A stretch of DNA of 64,000 nucleotides from Acidimicrobiales bacterium (GCA_013003535.1 JABDIY010000028.1:25631-89630), one strand, 5' to 3'. Numbered from the stretch's first letter, positions 38,835 through 47,773 are shown. The notes: a model not told the origin generated them from the letters alone. Program-made: numbers and translations.

Positions 38835-39553
38835 ATGTCCTCCAGGAGGGTTTCGAACGAAAGTATGCCTGCGCCCACATAAAGTGCAGCGAAGGCGGCC
38901 AGAGCAGCTACCCACGGCCAGCCATCGGCCACCGCACCGAACAACGCAGCCTCGGTGGCCTGACTGGCCCCGAGAAGCACCGGGGCCAGCACCGGAATTA
39001 CCAGCAACGGAACCAGAGACTCCCGCTCCCGCTGACCAGCTGCCAGTGCCGAATACAGAGTACCCGCCGCAGCGATCGCCGTAATAGCCGCGCCGGCAGT
39101 CGTGACACCAAGCACAGCTCGGGCCACGGACCATTCGATCCGGACGCTGAAGAACAGGAAGGCTCCGGAGGTGACAACCGCACTGACGCCCAGTAACTGT
39201 ACGACCACCGCTCCTGCCTTACCGAGGAAGATCCCAGCCGGGTCAAGGCCCGCCATTCGCAGTCCATCGAGCGTGCCGTCGTTGGCCTCGACCCCAAAGC
39301 TCCGTCCGATGGCGAGGAGTGAGGCGAAGAGGACCGCGAGAAACAGCAAACCCGGCGTCACGCGGGAAAGGACTGACGGAGCCACAGTGGCTGTGGAGTC
39401 GAGTATTCGGAGGTCCGGTGATATCCCGAACCCAAAGAGGATCAGAATCATCACGGCGAATGGCACGACCTGCGCGGTGACCACACGCGACGACCGTTCG
39501 ATCAGGAGATCCTTGCCCAAAACCATTCGAGCATCGCGGAGGAGCTCAAACAT
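38831..39553 (-). CDS. ccmB: Heme exporter protein CcmB
   Basis: 240-aa six-helix membrane protein between ccmA and ccmC. 8-nt overlap with ccmA. Confidence 0.8.
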   Translation of the reverse strand: MFELLRDARMVLGKDLLIERSSRVVTAQVVPFAVMILILFGFGISPDLRILDSTATVAPSVLSRVTPGLLFLAVLFASLLAIGRSFGVEANDGTLDGLRMAGLDPAGIFLGKAGAVVVQLLGVSAVVTSGAFLFFSVRIEWSVARAVLGVTTAGAAITAIAAAGTLYSALAAGQRERESLVPLLVIPVLAPVLLGASQATEAALFGAVADGWPWVAALAAFAALYVGAGILSFETLLEDM

Positions 39554-40283
39554 CGGTGCCGCCCGGCCGACCGATGGGGCGGATCGGATGTTCGTGGACC
39601 GTTCCCCCGTGAACGATCACAGTGCGGGTCAGGATGTCGTCGATACGACCAACATCGTGGGTGGCCACCATGATGGTGGCTCCTGCGGCGGCGGCATCCA
39701 TGAGAAGTTGATCCAGAAGATTCCGACCGTCGTGATCCAGCCCGGCGTGGGGTTCATCGAGCAGCCACAGCCTGGGCCGGCGCGCCACGAGGATCGCCAA
39801 CGCCGTTCGCCGTCGCTGACCAGCAGACAGCCCTGCCACCTTCACCGTCGCCACCCTCCCCGCCACACCCAGATGGTCCATCGCTGCCAGGACATCGGGT
39901 TCGGCCGCTCTGTTCGCCCGGGCCCAGAACCGAACGTTCTGCTCCACCGTGAGGTCGTCGTAGAGCGAGGTGTCATGACCTAAGAGGCCAACTGCTTTTC
40001 GGGTGCTCCGGCGACCTGCTCGGGTCCCGAGATCGTGACCGAGCACCGAGCCGCTCCCGCGGCTGAGTGTGACCAGTCCGGCGCAAAGGCGTAGCACCGT
40101 GGTCTTGCCGGCGCCATTTGCCCCGCGCAGACCAACGATCTCGCCCGATCCCACGGTGAGGTCCAAACCTGCGAGGGCCGGGAAACCACCCATCAGACAC
40201 ACCACGCCCTGCAATTGGACAAGCTCTTTGTCCTGGAGGTCCCCCGCTGCGCTGGGCGCCGGATCTCGGGAGTCCAATGTCAC
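39546..40283 (-). CDS. ccmA: Heme ABC exporter ATP-binding protein CcmA
   Basis: Walker A GANGAGKTT, signature LSAGQRRR, Walker B LWLLDEP. GTG start. Confidence 0.85.
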   Translation of the reverse strand: MTLDSRDPAPSAAGDLQDKELVQLQGVVCLMGGFPALAGLDLTVGSGEIVGLRGANGAGKTTVLRLCAGLVTLSRGSGSVLGHDLGTRAGRRSTRKAVGLLGHDTSLYDDLTVEQNVRFWARANRAAEPDVLAAMDHLGVAGRVATVKVAGLSAGQRRRTALAILVARRPRLWLLDEPHAGLDHDGRNLLDQLLMDAAAAGATIMVATHDVGRIDDILTRTVIVHGGTVHEHPIRPIGRPGGTDV

Positions 40284-40484
40284 CCCATCATGCTAGGACC
40301 GGCGTGCGGTAGGGCGTTGACCGCAGCAGCATTGCGATCCCCCAAACCTTGGGCGGGTTGGCTCCGCAGAAGCCGCTAGGGCAAAGGGCGCAAGGGTGAC
40401 AACGACGACTACTTGCCGCTCAATCGCACGATGAACTTGCCGATGGACCTAGTGGTTCTCGCCCCTGGACCGACGAACATCTTC

Positions 40485-41648
40485 ATGACGAAACGCACCT
40501 CCACGATCATCGCCGGCTTGGGCCGCACTCTCATCACACTGGGCTGTCTCACGCTGACCTTTGCCGCATTCCAACTGTGGGGAACAGGTCTCGCTGAAAG
40601 TCGAGCCCAGGACGGCTTGGAGAACGACTTCGAGACCGCTCGCCTGGCCTTCGCCGACTTCGCCGAGCAGAACGGGCTTTCGGCCAGTGAGGTCGGTCAG
40701 ACAGACGATCCTGAGACCGTCGTCCTCACCTCGCCCGAAGACGACCCAGTGATGGAAACCCCCATCAGCCAAGACCAGGCTGTCACCCCAGTCGCATCTG
40801 TGCCGGACGAGCTGAAACCCCAGGCCGGTGACGCGCTGGGCGTGATCCGTATTCCCCGGATCGGTGTAGACAAGGTCGTCATAGCAGGCACGCGCCGTGA
40901 TGACCTTCGCCAGGGTCCAGGGCATTATCCCAGCACTCCCCTGCCCGGGCAGGCCGGCAACGCGGCCATCGCCGGCCATCGCACCACCTACGGTGCACCC
41001 TTTGGCGATATCGACCTGCTTGTTCCTGGCGACCAGATCGTGACCGAAACGTTCCAGGGCACGTTCTACTACGAGGTGCTCCCCCAGACCACTGCGGACG
41101 GCGCCGTGAGCGGGCACGCAATCGTCAGTCCTTATGATGTACAGGTTCTGGATGACTACGGCGACAACCGCCTCACGCTGACCGCCTGTCACCCCAAATA
41201 CTCGGCACGGCAGCGAATCGTTGTTCAGGCCAAGCTTGTCAACCAGCCCGCAGCCACTGTGGATATTCTGGGGCTCGACAACACCTTGGCCAGCCAACTC
41301 GAGGACCTCCAGTTAACTGACGAGGAGTTGGCGTATGAAGCCACCGGCGTCAATCCCGACACCGCCGAAGTCGATGGCGAACTCGACTGCGCCACCTGTG
41401 GCGAATTGGACGAAGGCAATGCCATCGGTACTTCGGCCGACGCCCTCGACGATTCCTTGGGGTGGCACATGGACGAACTGACGCCATTTCTCATATGGAG
41501 CTTCTTGACTGCGGCGGCCGCATTCCTGGCTTCTCTTGCCGCCAGCAGGTTCCGCCGGTTGCCGAGCTACATCGCTGCCTCGCCGGTCGTGCTCACGCTC
41601 TTGTTCATCAGCTTCACCCATTTGGATCGAATGCTGCCAGCCTTCTAA
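40485..41648 (+). CDS. Class E sortase with long acidic C-terminal extension and C-terminal TM
   Basis: N-terminal anchor, AIAGHRTTYG, and catalytic TLTACHPKYSARQRIVV. The C-terminal helix is LTPFLIWSFLTAAAAFLASLAAS. Confidence 0.8.
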   Translation: MTKRTSTIIAGLGRTLITLGCLTLTFAAFQLWGTGLAESRAQDGLENDFETARLAFADFAEQNGLSASEVGQTDDPETVVLTSPEDDPVMETPISQDQAVTPVASVPDELKPQAGDALGVIRIPRIGVDKVVIAGTRRDDLRQGPGHYPSTPLPGQAGNAAIAGHRTTYGAPFGDIDLLVPGDQIVTETFQGTFYYEVLPQTTADGAVSGHAIVSPYDVQVLDDYGDNRLTLTACHPKYSARQRIVVQAKLVNQPAATVDILGLDNTLASQLEDLQLTDEELAYEATGVNPDTAEVDGELDCATCGELDEGNAIGTSADALDDSLGWHMDELTPFLIWSFLTAAAAFLASLAASRFRRLPSYIAASPVVLTLLFISFTHLDRMLPAF

Positions 41649-41677
41649 TCAGTAGGCATGCGGTCATACCCCATGCT

Positions 41678-41944
41678 TCAGCCGAATCGGGCCGCGCTCC
41701 GCGCTTTCGCTTTGGCAGCCTCGACGGCTCGATCCCGAGGCGGAGCAGTAGTGACAAGACTCGCCACGAGCGTCTGGGTTGCCTCGGCAACTGAGCGCAC
41801 AGCCTCATCAAAAGCATCCCGGTTCGCTTTTGACGGTTCACGCGATCCGCTGATCTTGCGGACGTACTGAAGCGAAGCGTCTCGAATTTCGGCTTCGGTT
41901 GCAGGCGGTTCGAAGTTGTGGAGTTGCCTTATGTTTCGGCACAT
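41678..41944 (-). CDS. DUF2277 family protein
   Basis: MCRNIRQLHNFEPPATEAEIRDASLQYVRKISG... matches the remembered DUF2277 N-terminus. ATG 41944. Confidence 0.6.
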   Translation of the reverse strand: MCRNIRQLHNFEPPATEAEIRDASLQYVRKISGSREPSKANRDAFDEAVRSVAEATQTLVASLVTTAPPRDRAVEAAKAKARSAARFG

Positions 41945-41961
41945 GCCCCTAGCGTAGAACC

Positions 41962-42516
41962 GTGGTGCGTCGTTGTCTTCCCCTCCTGGCGTCGATCCTC
42001 TTCCTCGCTGCTTGCACCGGTTCCGAACAGGTTGCCCCGCCGGAAACCACCCAAACCACAGACACATCCTCGTCAACAACAACCGAGTCACTTCCCGTCT
42101 CGATCCTCGACGTCAAACAAGAATTGGCCCTTCAGCCCGGCCAATGTTGGGGCCCGCTGCCAACCCCTCAACCAGAGACCACCGTGCCGGCATCCTTGAC
42201 CGTCGCTGTTGTGGACTGCGCCGGTCAGCACAGCGGCCTGGCCTATGGGAGCGGCTGCGTGGCAACGAACGTTGCCGAGTCCCGGGAACCGGTAGTCGAA
42301 TTCCCCTGCCCCGGGAGGCCCGAAGATTCGTGGCCCGGCGATCGTGACCTTCGGCGAGCCGTCGTCTCGGCCTGTCTACCTCAGTTCGAAGGAGGTGTTG
42401 GCGAACGGTACGCAACCTCGGAACTCGAAGCCGTCGAACTGGTTCCCACGATGGAACAATGGCTGGTAGGCGAGCGAAGATTCGTCTGTACCGCGATTAC
42501 CCCCGAGGCATCCTGA
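41962..42516 (+). CDS. Lipoprotein, septum-formation-domain-like (paired Cys pattern)
   Basis: Lipobox SILFLAAC|TGS. GQCW...VVDCAGQH... and ...ACLPQFEG...RFVCTA patterns resemble the septum-formation family as I recall it. Confidence 0.45.
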   Translation: MVRRCLPLLASILFLAACTGSEQVAPPETTQTTDTSSSTTTESLPVSILDVKQELALQPGQCWGPLPTPQPETTVPASLTVAVVDCAGQHSGLAYGSGCVATNVAESREPVVEFPCPGRPEDSWPGDRDLRRAVVSACLPQFEGGVGERYATSELEAVELVPTMEQWLVGERRFVCTAITPEAS

Positions 42517-42521
42517 AGGTC

Positions 42522-43571
42522 ATGAATACGGTCAATCGTCAAAATCCTGCCAAGCCCTCGCGGCGAGGGCTGTTCGCTCTGGTAGCCGGGCTGGTTCTGG
42601 TCGCCGGGGCGATCGGAGCACTCGCGCTGACTCGAAACTCCGATCAAGAGGATGTGGCCGTCGATGTCGGCCTCACCACAACAACGAGCTCTCCCGGCGT
42701 CGACCCACTCACGTCCACCAGCGCCGCGACCACCACGACCAGCAGCACCACCATCGCGGAAACCACCACAACCGCAACGCCACCCGAGAGTTTCGAGTAC
42801 CCCAACATCGGCAACGTAGCGTTCTACGACGGGTTGGCGCTGGGTTGGTACAGCGATGGCAGATGGATCGAGATGCCAACGGGGCCAGACAGCGACAGCC
42901 TGGGACCCCCCAATTTCGACGGAGCCACCATTCGTTACGTAGGCCAGGATGGAGCAACGGTTACGCGGCAGGCCGGATCGCTAGGCGAAGAATGCACAGA
43001 GTTCGGCAACATGTGGAGCGTGGGTAATGCCGATTCCAGCGATGGGCTGATCGGCACCTCGGGCGATTGGGAGCTTCGGCCCCGTCCAGTACAAGAAATT
43101 GGTATCGACGATGCCCACCGCCAATCTGTTCGAGAGATTGTTGCAGCTGCCGGTGTCGCCGACCCCGAAATCGTGATTCAACGAGTTGTGCGGATGGACA
43201 TCGATGGGGATGGCACCAACGAAGTCCTGATCTCGGCCGAGAACATCAGGTCCTCCAATCCAGATGGGTTCTCCGACCTGCTAGGGCAACCCGAGGGGGC
43301 CTATTCGATGGTCCTTCTCCGGCGGGTTACCCCTACAGGTGTGGAAACCAAAGTTCTCTCCTCGTATGTGGTCACCGCCGAACTGGCCGACCCCGAGAGT
43401 GACTTCTCCGGATTCATCTCCTACAGCCGACTGGTCGATGTGGCTGATCTCGACGGCGACGGAGCCTTCGAGGCGGTCATCTCCAGCGGGTACTACGAAG
43501 GCTCGAGCGTCCATCTCTACGAACTAGGCGAACCTCCTTCGAACCCCGTCGCGGCCGGCTGCGGCGTCTAA
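42522..43571 (+). CDS. Membrane-anchored extracytoplasmic protein with Thr-rich linker and FG-GAP/VCBS-like DxDxDG repeats
   Basis: Anchor LFALVAGLVLVAGAIGALAL, a poly-T/S linker, and MDIDGDGTNEVLI and ADLDGDGAFEAVI repeats. Confidence 0.5.
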   Translation: MNTVNRQNPAKPSRRGLFALVAGLVLVAGAIGALALTRNSDQEDVAVDVGLTTTTSSPGVDPLTSTSAATTTTSSTTIAETTTTATPPESFEYPNIGNVAFYDGLALGWYSDGRWIEMPTGPDSDSLGPPNFDGATIRYVGQDGATVTRQAGSLGEECTEFGNMWSVGNADSSDGLIGTSGDWELRPRPVQEIGIDDAHRQSVREIVAAAGVADPEIVIQRVVRMDIDGDGTNEVLISAENIRSSNPDGFSDLLGQPEGAYSMVLLRRVTPTGVETKVLSSYVVTAELADPESDFSGFISYSRLVDVADLDGDGAFEAVISSGYYEGSSVHLYELGEPPSNPVAAGCGV

Positions 43572-43635
43572 AACACGAACTCTGGGCATTCCTGCCGATC
43601 GAAAGCGGCAGGCAATGCGTTAGCCTGCTTTTCTA

Positions 43636-44316
43636 GTGTTCTTGGTCATTCTGGCTGCCGCAATCGGGACCGCCCTGGGCTTAGTGCTTCGGGGAGGAAG
43701 GATCCAGCTTCGCACCGACCTGCGCGCCCTTCCGGCGATTGCCCTCGGTGCACTTTTCCTCGTGGCGGCGGAGTGGTTGCCGATCCCCGGCAAGGCGGGG
43801 GTGTTCATTGTGGGAACCGCGCTGGTGGTGGTCGGTCTCATGCAGAACCTGCATGTAACCGGGGCTGTGGTCACCTCGATCGGGCTCTTCCTCACAGGAT
43901 TCGCAGTCCTGGTGAATGGCTACCTACCGCTGCGAGCTGAGGCTGCAGAGGCCACCAACACCACTGCCAGCGGCCTCCGCCAAGATGAAACCGAAGATTC
44001 CACGTTGGGAATTCTGGGTGATGTGGTCCCGCTGGGCCCCTGGGTTTTCTCCTTCGGCGATCTGATAGCTACCGCCGGTGCGTTCATCGTTGGCCGCGAT
44101 CTGGTGAGGAAGGACGAACGGATCAGCGCCGACGAATTCCTTGCGCAGTTCACAATCCTCGATGAACCCCATGTAGACCTGAACAAACTCCGAGCTACGT
44201 CCAACCCGGAGCGCCCGCCACCAACCATCGATATTCGGGACCATCCGTTGCCGCCGCCTCCCAACCGCAACGATCGTTTCATCCGAATGGAGTCTCAGGA
44301 TGAACGCCAGTCCTAA
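43636..44316 (+). CDS. Polytopic membrane protein, DUF5317-like, with Pro-rich tail
   Basis: 4-5 predicted helices. The conserved-looking FSFGDLIATAGAFIVG segment is the reason for the DUF5317 guess. GTG start. Confidence 0.4.
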   Translation: MFLVILAAAIGTALGLVLRGGRIQLRTDLRALPAIALGALFLVAAEWLPIPGKAGVFIVGTALVVVGLMQNLHVTGAVVTSIGLFLTGFAVLVNGYLPLRAEAAEATNTTASGLRQDETEDSTLGILGDVVPLGPWVFSFGDLIATAGAFIVGRDLVRKDERISADEFLAQFTILDEPHVDLNKLRATSNPERPPPTIDIRDHPLPPPPNRNDRFIRMESQDERQS

Positions 44317-44326
44317 TCGGGCGTCT

Positions 44327-44381
44327 AACTGCAGTCATCCACGCCCACCCACCGGGCACGACTGACTGCAGAACTACTGCC
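44327..44381. repeat. 55-nt repeat unit, copy 1
   Basis: AACTGCAGTCATCCACGCCCACCCACCGGGCACGACTGACTGCAGAACTACTGCC. It contains the 9-bp inverted arms CTGCAGTCA/TGACTGCAG. Confidence 0.9.
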
Positions 44382-44385
44382 AGCC

Positions 44386-45369
44386 TTAACTGCAGTCATC
44401 CACGCCCACCCACCGGGCACCACTGACTGCAGAACGCTCGGAGCGGGTCGGGAGATGACGGGCCAGAACTGAGCTGGCGTGAGCCGGATGGCGAACGATG
44501 TCCCAATAGGTAAAACGCAGAATTGTCCACCCCGCAGCCATGAGATCGTTCTGGCGCCGGAGGTCACACTGAAATTGCTCCGCTGTGGAATGAGCCAACA
44601 TCGAGTCACACTCCACCACGATGCCGAAGTTCGGCCAGGCAAAATCTACGAAGTACAACCTTCCCTGGTACGAAATCGGGTGCTGAGCGATCGGCGGCGG
44701 AAACCCGGCCTCGGTGAATAATCGCTTAGCGACCTTTTCGTAGGAGTTCAGCGGGCGGCCAAAACGCTCCGGATCCCTGTCAGCCAGCACGCTCAGGACC
44801 CGCCGCACACCCCGCTTGCCGCGCCGTGCCAGCTGGGCGAGACGCAAGGCAAGATCATCGGCGGTGAACATTCGCTCCTTTTCAGCCCAGCTCACTTGCT
44901 GACCGATGACCTTGTCGTCCAGATAGGGACTGGCGTCGATCACCGAACGGAGTGGCGTCGTGACGCGAATTCGCCCGTTCCTCACGACGTCTCCTGGTCG
45001 GAGATCTCTGAGTTGATGACTTTCAACATGAGCAGATCGGCATCTCAGGCCGTTCGGACCATAGAGCTGAACTCGCCCCTTCGACCCACCCGGCATGTTC
45101 CACAACCGCAGCGCGGAGACGCCGCCGATCGCGTGATTCTCGGTCCCGATGAGGTTGGCAAGATGAACTGCATCGGAAAAGTCAAAGAGGCCGTTCGTTG
45201 TTCGGTAGATCCCGTGGTGATGTCGGTGAAGAAGGCCTTCGCTGTTCCAGCGGGACGCGGTTGACGCCGGCACGCCGAGCAGTTTGAGGTCGGCGCTGGT
45301 GACAAAGCCGTTCTGTCGATCAGCAAAGTGAAGTACGCGGGCATAGCGATTGAGATGAGGACGAGACAT
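44386..45369 (-). CDS. DUF559 (Vsr-like endonuclease fold) protein with AbiEi-like N-terminal wHTH domain
   Basis: C-terminal VDFAWPNFGIVVECDSMLAHSTAEQFQCDLRRQNDLMAAGWTILRFTYWDI is the DUF559 signature. N-terminal LHFADRQNGFVTSADLKLLGVPASTASRW. ATG 45369. Confidence 0.75.
   Translation of the reverse strand: MSRPHLNRYARVLHFADRQNGFVTSADLKLLGVPASTASRWNSEGLLHRHHHGIYRTTNGLFDFSDAVHLANLIGTENHAIGGVSALRLWNMPGGSKGRVQLYGPNGLRCRSAHVESHQLRDLRPGDVVRNGRIRVTTPLRSVIDASPYLDDKVIGQQVSWAEKERMFTADDLALRLAQLARRGKRGVRRVLSVLADRDPERFGRPLNSYEKVAKRLFTEAGFPPPIAQHPISYQGRLYFVDFAWPNFGIVVECDSMLAHSTAEQFQCDLRRQNDLMAAGWTILRFTYWDIVRHPAHASSVLARHLPTRSERSAVSGARWVGVDDCS
44388..44435. repeat. 55-nt repeat unit, copy 2 (first 48 nt)
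   Basis: Identical to copy 3 over 48 nt and differs from copy 1 at one position (C vs G). It encodes the last 15 codons and the stop of the DUF559 ORF on the minus strand. Confidence 0.9.
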
Positions 45370-45482
45370 TGATCCGCTCCGTTTCCAAGGTTGGTTCGGT
45401 GGAGCGACAACGGCTCGAGTGGTCACACGCCGGGTAGGAGCGGACCGGACGGCCAGGCTACCCATCGACCAACGCTCTCGCT

Positions 45483-45537
45483 AACTGCAGTCATCCACGC
45501 CCACCCACCGGGCACCACTGACTGCAGAACTACTGCC
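45483..45537. repeat. 55-nt repeat unit, copy 3
   Basis: Full-length copy in the same orientation as copies 1 and 2, immediately upstream (minus-strand sense) of the DUF559 gene and abutting the stop of the GH63-like gene. Confidence 0.9.
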
Positions 45538-45540
45538 CGC

Positions 45541-46707
45541 CTAAACTGGGACAGCGGCGAGGGTGGTCCAGGTTTGGGGGTTGGCGCCACCAGGAGCGCC
45601 GGTATCGGGATGCCAGTATTCAGCAAAACCGTTGTTTCGGGCCGCCGAGCGAAGCGATGCCATCAACGTGTCAGCCACGTCGTGCCTACCGGCCCGGCGG
45701 CCAGCAACCGCCAAGAGATAGGTGAGCTGGGGCCAGCTTGGTCCGCGCCAGTACTGTTCCGGATCATATGACGGTTCGTCGCGATGAACCCCGCAAGGAC
45801 CGAAGGCTGCTCCGTAGGTTGCGGGGTCCAACAGGTCATCGAAGGCTTCGTCACGAGGATCAACAAGCAGAGGCAGCAGGCCATCAAGTGTTCGAACCAC
45901 GCCGGAACCTGAATCGGCGTCAGTCCATGTGCGGAGCGACTGGTCCCATCGATCGGCAATGGCCGCAACGAGCTCATCCGCCCTCGCTCGATGAGGTTCT
46001 CCTGCCCCGACCGACAGCAGCTCGAAGGAATTCCAGGCGAGGAGTGCGTTGAAACCCACCGACGGAACCTGGAACGCGGAAGAGCCGATCGGGTATCCCA
46101 CCGAAGGTTCAAAATGGAGTGCGGCCACCAGGTCCGCCTTAGTGCGGCGCCACTGCTCCGGCTCGAAACCGCCTGGACACCAGTCATCCCACCGAGCCGA
46201 ATCATCGCATCCGGTTTCCCACGGATGGAGCACGCAGACCAGGCCCGCAATCTTGGGACGGTCTATGAGAAGGTGAGCGATGCCCGATATCGCTCGCTGG
46301 GTCAGATCGTCTTCAACAGCGAACCCAGCCCGGATGGCCATGGCTACCGCGTGACCGAACATCGGCGGCTGCGTGATGGTCGACAGGTCGGGTCGACCCC
46401 AGAAATCGGCGTGTACGGCGGGATCGTCCCAATAGCTCATGTGCGGAATGAATCCCGAGGACTGGTCTTGATTGGCCAAGGCTGAGCGTAGCTCTACCAC
46501 TCCTCGCCGGTCGCCCAGGGCAGTCCATGCCAACGAGTGAAAACAGGAGTCCCATAACCATTGGTGCGGATATACCATCCCATTCGGCACGCAGAATCCC
46601 GGATCCTCCCGCCAAGCCTCCTCCAGTACTGCACGACAGCGGTGCACAAGATCTTCGGCCGGGCCGCGTTGGGGTTCGACGTCCACGCCCGCAAGAATGC
46701 CACCCAT
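45541..46707 (-). CDS. Six-hairpin glycoside hydrolase, GH63-like (glucosylglycerate/mannosylglycerate hydrolase-type)
   Basis: YPHQWLWDSCFHSLAW, WRGPSWPQLTYLL and FAEYWHPDTGAPGG motifs. The start is uncertain (ATG 46785, ATG 46707 or GTG 46686). Confidence 0.65.
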   Translation of the reverse strand: MGGILAGVDVEPQRGPAEDLVHRCRAVLEEAWREDPGFCVPNGMVYPHQWLWDSCFHSLAWTALGDRRGVVELRSALANQDQSSGFIPHMSYWDDPAVHADFWGRPDLSTITQPPMFGHAVAMAIRAGFAVEDDLTQRAISGIAHLLIDRPKIAGLVCVLHPWETGCDDSARWDDWCPGGFEPEQWRRTKADLVAALHFEPSVGYPIGSSAFQVPSVGFNALLAWNSFELLSVGAGEPHRARADELVAAIADRWDQSLRTWTDADSGSGVVRTLDGLLPLLVDPRDEAFDDLLDPATYGAAFGPCGVHRDEPSYDPEQYWRGPSWPQLTYLLAVAGRRAGRHDVADTLMASLRSAARNNGFAEYWHPDTGAPGGANPQTWTTLAAVPV

Positions 46708-46720
46708 GGGAACGATTGCG

Positions 46721-47773
46721 ATGCTCTCGTTTCGACTAGGAGGCACCGACGGCGTCTCTGTGGTTGCCAACCGCTGGGCCACCATCCTCAGATCTCACGG
46801 CTGGGATATGGTTTCGGTGGCCGGTGACGGTCCGGTTGATCGGGTCGTCCCGGGGCTAGGCCTCGACCACCTCACACCGCCTTCGACCGACAATTTGAAG
46901 CGGGCTTTAGAGGACGCCGATGTTGTGATTGTGGAGAACCTCCTCACGATTCCAATGAACCTGCCCGCCAGTCTGGTAGCTGCAGAAGTCCTTCGGGGTC
47001 GCCCCGCTCTCATCCACCACCATGATCCACCGTGGCAACGCCGTCGATTCCAAGAGATTACGGCGCTCCCGGTGGATGACCCCGAGTGGCGCCACGTCAC
47101 GATCAATCAGCTGACCGAGAAGCAGTTTGCCGACCGCGGCTTGAGAGCAACCACGATTTACAACCCGTTCGATTCGGACGAGACACCGAGCGATGGCAGG
47201 GCGGAACGGGCCCGAATCTTCAGCTCTCTCGGTTCGGACTCCAGGAACACCATTCTGGTCTCCCATCCCGTCCGAGCTATCGAACGAAAAAACGTTCCCG
47301 AGGCGCTCGCCATCTGCGCTTCGATTCAGCTGGACCTGGGCCGCCCAGTGGTCTACTGGCTGCCGGGCCCGGCCGAAGACGGCTACGCCCCTCAACTCGT
47401 AAAACTGGAACGCACCACTCCCGTCCCGATCAGCCGACTAGCGCCAACCTCGATGGTGGAGCTGTACGGTGCGAGCGATCTGGTCGTCTTCCCCAGCACG
47501 TGGGAGGGGTTCGGCAACGTACCCGTAGAGGCATCGATCCACCGGAAGCCGGTCGTCGTGGGCCGCTACCCAGTGGCCGATGAGCTACTCCGCCTGGGAT
47601 TTCGGTGGCTCCACAACGAGGATCGGGCTCGAATTTCGACGATTCTCCGCAACCCAGCAGCCTATGATGAAGACGCCGCCCACAACCATGCGGTAGTCCG
47701 TGAGTTTCTGAGTATGAAAGTGGTGGGCGATCAAGTGAAAACATTGTTCGAGGAAGCGGGATGGCGCCCATGA
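46721..47773 (+). CDS. GT4-family glycosyltransferase
   Basis: MLSFRLGGTDGVSVVANRW N-terminus, and the E-x7-E region STWEGFGNVPVEASIHRKPVVV. Alternative ATGs at 46697 and 46706. Confidence 0.75.
   Translation: MLSFRLGGTDGVSVVANRWATILRSHGWDMVSVAGDGPVDRVVPGLGLDHLTPPSTDNLKRALEDADVVIVENLLTIPMNLPASLVAAEVLRGRPALIHHHDPPWQRRRFQEITALPVDDPEWRHVTINQLTEKQFADRGLRATTIYNPFDSDETPSDGRAERARIFSSLGSDSRNTILVSHPVRAIERKNVPEALAICASIQLDLGRPVVYWLPGPAEDGYAPQLVKLERTTPVPISRLAPTSMVELYGASDLVVFPSTWEGFGNVPVEASIHRKPVVVGRYPVADELLRLGFRWLHNEDRARISTILRNPAAYDEDAAHNHAVVREFLSMKVVGDQVKTLFEEAGWRP

Noticed and set aside
38835-39134. The long N-terminal extension of ccmC (ORF-track start 39134).
   Set aside because: It lies wholly inside ccmB in another frame and is Gly/Arg/Cys-rich. 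GTG 38834, overlapping the ccmB stop, gives a normal ~252-aa CcmC.
44327-44435. CRISPR array, because of two adjacent near-identical repeats with internal palindromes.
   Set aside because: There are only two tandem copies plus one distant copy. The spacer between copies 1 and 2 is 6 nt. The unit is 55 nt long, and no cas genes are nearby.
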